Positions 16,456 through 22,770 of a stretch of DNA of 42,784 nucleotides are shown here, in pieces. The notes beneath the pieces are model-generated. The model did no database searches. It saw only the letters and a program-made list of their open reading frames with translations, and had not been told where the DNA came from. Every line of letters starts with the position of its first letter. Positions within the stretch are counted from its first letter, which is position 1. The position numbers and the translations under genes were made by a program. Source of the stretch: a virus; IMG/VR virus record IMGVR_UViG_3300045988_017185; one strand, 5' to 3'.

Positions 16456-18436
16456 GAGAGATGGTCGTGAAGTAGAATATGATTGGGATAAAGTAGAGTC
16501 AGCTATCGGTAAAGCCTATAAAGCTATAGGTAAAAATATTGACAATCCTGATCTGAATATGGTGAACTGCCTTGTTAATCTCGAAGCAGAACTTACAGAT
16601 ATTGAGTATTTCAATGAAAAGATCAATGTAGAAGAGATTCAGGATATGGTTGAAAGATTCCTGAGTGACTACGGATGCTTTGAGACAGCTAAGGCATTTA
16701 TTCTTTATCGTGAACAACACAGAAAGCAACGTACAGCAGTCCAAGTCAAGGAAGCTATCGAAGAATACATTGGACATGCTGACTGGAGAATTAAGGCCAA
16801 TAGTAATCAGGGATATTCCCTTGGTGGCATGATTCTGAATACTGCCGGTAAGATCACAGCAAACTATTGGCTCAATGAAGTTTATCCTAAAGAGATCGGA
16901 GAGAAGCACCGTGATGGTTCCTATCATATTCACGACTTGGATATGCTCTCTGGTTATTGCTGTGGTCATAGTCTTAGAGCTTTGCTTGAGGAAGGTTTTA
17001 ATGGTATTGTAGGAAAGATTTCGAGTAATCCTCCGAAACATTTCTCTACGGCCTGTGGTCAGATCGTTAATTTCCTTGGATGTCTTCAGAATGAATGGGC
17101 AGGTGCTCAGGCATTCTCTAGCTTTGATACCTATATGGCTCCCTTTGTACGACTTGATAATATGAGCCTTGAGGATATTAAGAGAGAGCTTGAGTCTATG
17201 ATCTTCAGTCTCAATGTGGGTAGCCGGTGGGGTTCTCAATGCCCCTTCACTAACCTTACGTTTGACTGGGTGTGTCCTGAGGATTTGAAGGATAAACATC
17301 CTATTATCGGTGGTGAAGAACAAGAGTTTACTTATGGTGACTTCCAAAAGGAAATGGACATGATTAACAGAGCCTTTATGGAAGTGATGATTGAAGGTGA
17401 CAAGGATGGTAGAGCCTTTACGTTCCCTATTCCTACCTATAATATTACCGATGCTTTTGACTGGGAGCATCCTAACTGTGAGTACCTGTTTAAGATGACT
17501 GCTAAGTATGGTAATCCGTACTTTGCTAACTACTGCAATAGTGAACTGAAGCCTACCGATATTCGTTCTATGTGTTGCAGACTTAGACTTGACCTTAGAG
17601 AACTCCTTAAGCGTGGCAATGGTTTGTTTGGTAGTGCAGAACAAACCGGTAGTATCGGTGTAGTCACAATCAATATGGCTAGACTGGGGTACAAGCATAA
17701 AGGTGACTATGAAGGTTTCTATAAAGAGCTGACTGAACTCCTTGTCTTAGCTAAAGAGAGCCTTGAGATCAAGCGTAAGTTTATCACTAAGATGATGGGT
17801 GAAGGTCTCTATCCGTACACTAGACGTTATCTTGGTACCTTTAGAAACTTCTTCAGTACGATTGGTGTCAATGGTATGAACGAAATGGTTCGTAACTTTA
17901 CGGATGACAAAGAGGATATTACTACTAGTTTTGGTGAACAATGGTGTCTTGAAGTCTTGAACTACATCCGTGAAAAGATGATTGAGTTCCAAGAAGAGAC
18001 TGGAAACCTATACAATCTTGAAGCTACTCCTGCTGAAGGTACGACCTATAGATTCGCTAAGGAAGACATCAAGAGATACCCTGATATTCTCCATGCAGGT
18101 ACAGCAGAGAATCCTTACTATACGAACAGCTCTCAGTTGCCTGTAGGATTCACAGATGACCCCTTTGAGGCTCTTCTGAGACAAGAAGAGATGCAATGTA
18201 TGTACACCGGTGGTACTGTATTGCACCTGTATATTGGTGAACAGATTAGCTCTTGGGAGTCCTGTAGAAACCTTGTAAGAAAGGCTGTGACTAACTTTAA
18301 GTTGCCCTATATTTCTGTTACACCTACATTCTCTATTTGTCCTAAACATGGATACCTAGCAGGTAAACATGACCATTGTCCTTTGTGTGATAAAGAAATC
18401 ATTGAAAAATATAAAGCTAAGGAGTGTTGTAAATGA
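16442..18436 (+). CDS. nrdD: anaerobic ribonucleoside-triphosphate reductase (class III RNR, NrdD) lacking the glycyl-radical C-terminal segment
   Basis: Start MKVIKRDGREVEYDWDKV (ATP-cone) with GAAGGAG SD. The body of ~660 aa looks like NrdD. C-terminal Zn-ribbon-like CPKH...HCPLC. The frame stops before any RVxGY motif. Confidence 0.85.
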   Translation: MKVIKRDGREVEYDWDKVESAIGKAYKAIGKNIDNPDLNMVNCLVNLEAELTDIEYFNEKINVEEIQDMVERFLSDYGCFETAKAFILYREQHRKQRTAVQVKEAIEEYIGHADWRIKANSNQGYSLGGMILNTAGKITANYWLNEVYPKEIGEKHRDGSYHIHDLDMLSGYCCGHSLRALLEEGFNGIVGKISSNPPKHFSTACGQIVNFLGCLQNEWAGAQAFSSFDTYMAPFVRLDNMSLEDIKRELESMIFSLNVGSRWGSQCPFTNLTFDWVCPEDLKDKHPIIGGEEQEFTYGDFQKEMDMINRAFMEVMIEGDKDGRAFTFPIPTYNITDAFDWEHPNCEYLFKMTAKYGNPYFANYCNSELKPTDIRSMCCRLRLDLRELLKRGNGLFGSAEQTGSIGVVTINMARLGYKHKGDYEGFYKELTELLVLAKESLEIKRKFITKMMGEGLYPYTRRYLGTFRNFFSTIGVNGMNEMVRNFTDDKEDITTSFGEQWCLEVLNYIREKMIEFQEETGNLYNLEATPAEGTTYRFAKEDIKRYPDILHAGTAENPYYTNSSQLPVGFTDDPFEALLRQEEMQCMYTGGTVLHLYIGEQISSWESCRNLVRKAVTNFKLPYISVTPTFSICPKHGYLAGKHDHCPLCDKEIIEKYKAKECCK

Positions 18437-18615
18437 TAAGTGAAGTAGATATTGAACAAAAGATTCTGAAAGAACATGCTGAAGAAAGACAGTCGTGTGA
18501 AGTCTGGAGTCGTGTTATGGGTTACCTTAGACCGACTTCTGGTTACAATAAAGGTAAGATAGGTGAGTTCAATGAACGAAAGTTCTTTAAAGAACCAAAA
18601 ACCAAAGATATATAG
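18433..18615 (+). CDS. stand-alone NrdD C-terminal glycyl-radical segment (60 aa)
   Basis: Contains SRVMGYLRP....YNKGKIGEFNERK, the class III RNR glycyl-radical signature. ATG overlaps the nrdD stop (ATGA). AAGGAG lies 8 nt upstream. Confidence 0.75.
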   Translation: MISEVDIEQKILKEHAEERQSCEVWSRVMGYLRPTSGYNKGKIGEFNERKFFKEPKTKDI

Positions 18616-18814
18616 TGCTGATTGGTGCATGAAGTGTAGGAGCCTCAAGAACACTTTGGATAGACTTGGAGTATCCTATGAAGTTATAGATATATCTAAG
18701 TTATCAGAAGAAGAATATGCCTCAATTCGTGAGCTTCCTACTATTGAATTCAATAATCATAGACTTTCTGGTGAAATACATTTGAAAGCTCTAAAAGAAT
18801 TCTTGGATTTATAA
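18572..18814 (+). CDS. glutaredoxin/NrdH-like redoxin
   Basis: KIYSADWCMKCRSLKNTLDRLGVSYEVIDI...LPTIEF has a CxxC motif and the Grx-fold pattern. Start is ATG 18572 (or GTG 18563). It overlaps the previous ORF. Confidence 0.7.
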   Translation: MNESSLKNQKPKIYSADWCMKCRSLKNTLDRLGVSYEVIDISKLSEEEYASIRELPTIEFNNHRLSGEIHLKALKEFLDL

Positions 18815-18817
18815 AAT

Positions 18818-19099
18818 ATGCTTGTATTAGATGACGAGGATGTCAAGAAGATTGCTGATGGTGTATTGCAGTCTTCTCCTCCTGCTGTAGTCTCTTCATG
18901 TACTCTTCTTGGCTTCCCGTTATCTGATTGGGTTTATATAGCAACAATCATTTATACATTTGTTGGAATCCTTAGTATCATAAAGAGATATTGGGTTGAC
19001 CCCTATCTTAGAGCTAAAAGAAGACTAAGAGAAATAGAAGCGAGGATTAAAAGAGAACATGAGCAACAGAAAAGCAAAGAAAACAACACAAGAACTTGA
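18818..19099 (+). CDS. putative holin (single TM; position of T7 gene 17.5)
   Basis: 93 aa with one hydrophobic helix (WVYIATIIYTFVGILSII) and a highly basic C-terminal tail. It lies directly upstream of the small terminase, as gene 17.5 does in T7. Confidence 0.45.
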   Translation: MLVLDDEDVKKIADGVLQSSPPAVVSSCTLLGFPLSDWVYIATIIYTFVGILSIIKRYWVDPYLRAKRRLREIEARIKREHEQQKSKENNTRT

Positions 19100-19334
19100 A
19101 GAACTCCTAGGGTTAATCCAAGAGAAACTTTATGATGCTATGAGTAACGACTTGGATGACCCAGATAAGCGTTCCCCACAGCTCTATAACGCCATTATTA
19201 AGGAGCTAGAACGTAATGGCATAGATTGTGTCCTAAAAGCAGGAGACGCTGAAGGAAACGCTTTGAATAGCCTTCTGATGAAGGTACATAATACCTATAG
19301 TGAAGCAGGATATGACAGAGAAAGTCTCAATTAA
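19059..19334 (+). CDS. terminase small subunit (T7 gp18-like)
   Basis: 91 aa. DPDKRSPQLYNAIIKELERNGID parallels T7 gp18 DHERRSPQLYNAINKLLDRH. Confidence 0.88.
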   Translation: MSNRKAKKTTQELEELLGLIQEKLYDAMSNDLDDPDKRSPQLYNAIIKELERNGIDCVLKAGDAEGNALNSLLMKVHNTYSEAGYDRESLN

Positions 19335-21066
19335 CGGTAACCCGTCAACTAATGAACTACTCCTAGAGTATTACAATAACTTCCCCTTGTTCTGTAACCT
19401 CGTATGGAAGCTCATCGGGTTGCCTCCGCTCACGCCTATTCAGAACGAAATAGCTAAGACACTACAGAATCCTCCTAATGACCGGTATATCATTGAAGGG
19501 TTCCGTGGTGTCGCTAAGTCATTCCTTACGTGTGCTTACTGTGTGTGGAGCTTATGGAGAGACCCACAGATTAAGGTAATGATTGTGTCAGCTAACAAAG
19601 AACGTGCTGATGCTAACGCCATATTTGTCAAGAAGATTATTGATACTGTTCCCTTTCTCAGTCACCTGAAGGCTAGAGAAGGACAGAGAGACACACAAAA
19701 TTTGTTTGATGTCGGCCCTGCATTGCCTGACCATAGCCCTAGTGTCAAGTCTGTAGGTATTAAAGGGCAGCTTACCGGTAGTCGTGCTGATCTCCTGATC
19801 TCAGATGACGTTGAAGTTGTACAAAATAGCTTCACTCAGGTACTCAGAGATCAACTATTCGAATATGTCAAGGAATATGATGCTGTGATTAAGCCTAATG
19901 GTAAGATCATATATCTTGGTACTCCTCAAAATGAAATGTCTTTGTACAATGAGCTACAAGAAAGAGGCTACACCTGCATCATATTCCCTGCTAGATATCC
20001 CTATGATGATAAGTCTAGGAACAACTATGGCGATAGACTAGCCCCATATATCGCTAAGAGATACGATAGTGACCCTAAAAAGTACGCAGGGAGACCTACA
20101 GACCCCCTGAGATTCAATGAAGAAGACCTACAGAGACGTGAACTGTCTTATGGTAGAGCAGGGTTTGCTCTTCAGTTCATGCTCGATACAACGCTCTCAG
20201 ATGCCGATAGATACCCGCTCAGGCTTCAAGATTTCCTTGTGGGTATGTTTGATAGGGTAGAGGCTCCAATGAAGCTTACGTGGCTCCCTGAGGCCAGCAA
20301 AAGGCTGTCTAGTGATACTCCTACGATGGGACTGAAGGGTGACTACTTCTATTACTATAATACAGCTTCAGAAGAGATCAAAAAGTACGACTATAAATGC
20401 CTAGTAATTGACCCCTCAGGTAGAGGTAAGGATGAGACTGGATATGGTGTTCTATACCTAATCAATGGTTATATCTACCTGATGGATGTAGGTGGACTAT
20501 TAGGTGGCTATAGTGAACCTGTCTTGAATAAACTGGCTAATATTGCTAAGTTATACAATGTCCAAGAAGTCATCATAGAAGCTAACTTTGGTGATGGTAT
20601 GTACACCAGACTCTTTGAACCTGTCTTAAAGAAGGTCTATCCTAATTGTGGTGTTACAGAAGTCAAATCTACAGGTCAGAAAGAATTACGCATCATAGAT
20701 ACACTAGAACCTGTCTTAGGAAATCATAAATTATGTACTACTCCTGAGTGTATTCAGAATGATTTCAATAGTGTACCGGAAGGAGACTTTAAGTATTCCT
20801 TCTTCTATCAGCTAACTCGTATCACTCACGATAAAGGTGCCCTGATACATGATGACAGATTAGATGCTGTAGCTATAGGTGTCAAGTACATTAAAGACTT
20901 TATGGGGATTGATGCTGATGAAGGTATCTCTGAAACTAGTGCTCAATGGTATGAAGATTCTATGGATGGCCTATTGAAGCATCTTACAACTAAGACCTAT
21001 GGTAAATACCTTGTCGATACATACGATGATGGTATGGACAATGTAGCTAATATACAGATATTTTGA
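19312..21066 (+). CDS. terminase large subunit (T7 gp19-like)
   Basis: ~585 aa. FRGVAKSFLTCAYCVWSLWRDPQIKVMIVSANKERADANAIF, SPSVKSVGIKGQLTGSRADLLISDDVE and VIDPSGRGKDETGYGVLY closely parallel T7 gp19. Start is ATG 19312 or GTG 19300. Confidence 0.95.
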   Translation: MTEKVSINGNPSTNELLLEYYNNFPLFCNLVWKLIGLPPLTPIQNEIAKTLQNPPNDRYIIEGFRGVAKSFLTCAYCVWSLWRDPQIKVMIVSANKERADANAIFVKKIIDTVPFLSHLKAREGQRDTQNLFDVGPALPDHSPSVKSVGIKGQLTGSRADLLISDDVEVVQNSFTQVLRDQLFEYVKEYDAVIKPNGKIIYLGTPQNEMSLYNELQERGYTCIIFPARYPYDDKSRNNYGDRLAPYIAKRYDSDPKKYAGRPTDPLRFNEEDLQRRELSYGRAGFALQFMLDTTLSDADRYPLRLQDFLVGMFDRVEAPMKLTWLPEASKRLSSDTPTMGLKGDYFYYYNTASEEIKKYDYKCLVIDPSGRGKDETGYGVLYLINGYIYLMDVGGLLGGYSEPVLNKLANIAKLYNVQEVIIEANFGDGMYTRLFEPVLKKVYPNCGVTEVKSTGQKELRIIDTLEPVLGNHKLCTTPECIQNDFNSVPEGDFKYSFFYQLTRITHDKGALIHDDRLDAVAIGVKYIKDFMGIDADEGISETSAQWYEDSMDGLLKHLTTKTYGKYLVDTYDDGMDNVANIQIF

Positions 21067-21104
21067 CTTGAATCAATGTATATAAGGGTTTCTACTACTT
21101 GAAT

Positions 21105-21125
21105 AATAAAATCTTACTATAAGAA
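21105..21125 (+). promoter_or_regulatory. phage RNAP promoter, variant class (AATAAAATCTTACTATAAGAA)
   Basis: Shares AATAAAATCT with the main family. Intergenic, after the terminase gene. Confidence 0.55.
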
Positions 21126-21139
21126 TTTAGACTCGAAAT

Positions 21140-21160
21140 AATAAAATCTGACTGTAGAAA
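21140..21160 (+). promoter_or_regulatory. phage RNAP promoter (AATAAAATCTGACTGTAGAAA)
   Basis: Near-consensus family member. In tandem with the 21105 copy. Its position is analogous to T7 phiOR. Confidence 0.65.
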
Positions 21161-21213
21161 AACAAAGTAGGGCTTTAAGTATATATAAGATTATAAAAAA
21201 ACTAAGGGTGTAA

Positions 21214-21247
21214 CTTAAAGTCCCTTATAGAGGTGGTATCTTATTGT
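21214..21247 (+). repeat. 34-bp imperfect direct repeat, copy 1 (CTTAAAGTCCCTTATAGAGGTGGTATCTTATTGT)
   Basis: About 28 of 34 positions match copy 2 at 21301-21334. Confidence 0.85.
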
Positions 21248-21300
21248 TTCCAATGTTCATTGGTGTTGCAATAAGGTGAGTCTCTAGTAGGCTATAGAGA

Positions 21301-21334
21301 CTTAAAGCTCCTTATAGGAGTGGTAACCTATTGT
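21301..21334 (+). repeat. 34-bp imperfect direct repeat, copy 2 (CTTAAAGCTCCTTATAGGAGTGGTAACCTATTGT)
   Basis: See copy 1. Confidence 0.85.
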
Positions 21335-21359
21335 AATACATGAAGGAGAGGGGGCAATA

Positions 21360-21530
21360 ATGATACAAATACTCTTGTCTATCTTTAATAGACTATCGTC
21401 TATCCTAAGGAATCCTAAGGTCGTACATTGGGTGAAACTTGTGGTAGTTGTGGTGTTGTTTGTGATTGCGTTGGTGAATAAAGATGTCGATCAATTACTG
21501 CAAGTTGTAACCCAATTGTGTTTACCATAG
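21360..21530 (+). CDS. hypothetical small membrane protein (56 aa; position of T7 gene 19.5)
   Basis: GAAGGAGAGGGGG SD before the ATG. One TM (WVKLVVVVVLFVIALV). Below the 60-aa cutoff of the ORF track. Confidence 0.45.
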   Translation: MIQILLSIFNRLSSILRNPKVVHWVKLVVVVVLFVIALVNKDVDQLLQVVTQLCLP

Positions 21531-21675
21531 GTTAGACTTTATGTTCCTGATTAAAAAAATTGAAAATAATTATAAGACCTCACTTAAGTTTAATGAGGCG
21601 TGCATTACCCCCTGTGGGTGCCCCTGAGTGTCACTTATAGCTACACTTCCGGGGATTCATCAGGGTTTTCTCTAA

Positions 21676-21705
21676 TTGACATGAAGGGCAAGCTTACTGT
21701 ATAAT
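21676..21705 (+). promoter_or_regulatory. sigma70-type early promoter (TTGACA, 18-nt spacer, TATAAT)
   Basis: Perfect -35 and -10 hexamers read directly from the sequence. Upstream of the early genes, like T7 A1-A3. Confidence 0.75.
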
Positions 21706-21735
21706 GGTAGGTTTGCCTTATTTTTTATCTAATAG

Positions 21736-21768
21736 TTGACTAAAGTGTATGGTTATTTATTGTATACT
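21736..21768 (+). promoter_or_regulatory. possible sigma70-type promoter (TTGACT; -10 TATTGT at 16-nt spacing, or TATACT at 21-nt spacing)
   Basis: Good -35 hexamer. The -10 assignment is ambiguous. Confidence 0.35.
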
Positions 21769-21990
21769 TTAAGTTCACCTGTTGGTTTACCTGTGCTTTT
21801 TCTTATTTTGTATACTTAAAGGTGTGACTAAGAGATATATCTATACACACTTAACCCATAGTTACACTTATAGGTATTACCCCTAATTTAAATTGTGATT
21901 AACTTGTGCTATTCACATGTGCGTACTGACTAAGAGATCATGGGCACCTATACGGTTATCTATGGTTTACACTTTTTTACATTCTAGGGC

Positions 21991-22019
21991 TTGACAATAG
22001 AGTTTGAGTGCTTTACTAT
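21991..22019 (+). promoter_or_regulatory. sigma70-type early promoter (TTGACA, 17-nt spacer, TACTAT)
   Basis: Hexamers and spacing read directly from the sequence. Confidence 0.7.
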
Positions 22020-22178
22020 TCGAGTCATACAAAAGAACAGTCGTTGATGACTGATCGAATCTCTTAGATAGATGCTCTTTAACAATTCGGGTATTTGCTG
22101 GGCACTTATAGGGCTTATGGTAGCTCTATAGAGATAGACTAAAAGGGTTTGCTATCCGAGTGCATCAGGATAATATAG

Positions 22179-22278
22179 CTAGGGTAGGCCCTAGTTTAAT
22201 TTCTCCTTTCTCCTGGGCTATTTCCCTAGTTTACTAGGGTCTAGCCTAAAGGGTCTTATAAGGGTCTTTTAGGCTAGA
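22179..22278 (+). other. three consecutive CTAGGG/CCCTAG-core hairpins in the early leader
   Basis: CTAGGG-tagg-CCCTAG (22179-22194), CCCTAG-ttta-CTAGGG (22224-22239) and TCTAGCCTAAA...TTTTAGGCTAGA (22240-22278). Possible RNase III-type processing or attenuation sites. Confidence 0.6.
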
Positions 22279-22306
22279 TTATTAGCATACTTTAAAGGAG
22301 AAAAAC

Positions 22307-22378
22307 ATGTTGTTAAAATCTTGTCTTTACCGCAATGGTACTAGCTTCAAAGAAGTCCTTTTTGAAGAAGTAGGATAA
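22307..22378 (+). CDS. possible 23-aa early micro-ORF
   Basis: AAAGGAG SD 6 nt upstream of the ATG. Translation MLLKSCLYRNGTSFKEVLFEEVG. Too short to be sure. Confidence 0.25.
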   Translation: MLLKSCLYRNGTSFKEVLFEEVG

Positions 22379-22393
22379 ACAAGGAGGAATAAA

Positions 22394-22624
22394 ATGGAAG
22401 TCCTAAACCCATTCTACTACATTGTAGTTAAAGAAGACATTAACGGTGTTTATCGTTTTATGTCAATCAATTGCCAAACCGCTACGGATGACAAGGATTT
22501 TGCTCTAAGCTATCCAACAGCGGCACAAGCATACAAGCGAGTAGCCATGCTTCAGAGCATTCAGCCTGAAAAACTCTTCGGAGTTTTAAGGTTGTTGGAA
22601 GAAGAGGAAGTAGGGGAAATCTAG
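22394..22624 (+). CDS. hypothetical early protein (76 aa)
   Basis: AAGGAGG SD. It is the only ORF of 60 aa or more between the sigma70 promoters and the RNAP gene. Confidence 0.75.
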   Translation: MEVLNPFYYIVVKEDINGVYRFMSINCQTATDDKDFALSYPTAAQAYKRVAMLQSIQPEKLFGVLRLLEEEEVGEI

Positions 22625-22626
22625 AG

Positions 22627-22647
22627 AATAAAATCTGACTGTAAGAG
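22627..22647 (+). promoter_or_regulatory. phage RNAP promoter (AATAAAATCTGACTGTAAGAG)
   Basis: Consensus family member, immediately after the stop of the 76-aa ORF. Confidence 0.7.
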
Positions 22648-22652
22648 AGACA

Positions 22653-22682
22653 CCTAGGGGTAACTTAAGGTTATACCCTAGG
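22653..22682 (+). other. CCTAGGG-core hairpin downstream of the promoter
   Basis: CCTAGGGGTAAC...GTTATACCCTAGG imperfect inverted repeat. Confidence 0.55.
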
Positions 22683-22770
22683 TTACTTACTTAAGGTAAA
22701 ACTGAAACTGGACTTTAAGTAAGTGACCTATAATTAACATCCTTAATAAAGACCTATAAAGGAGTAACTT

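Noticed and set aside
16499-17698. 399-aa ORF on the - strand
   Set aside because: It is antisense to nrdD, whose + strand translation has clear class III RNR features. No independent signals support it.
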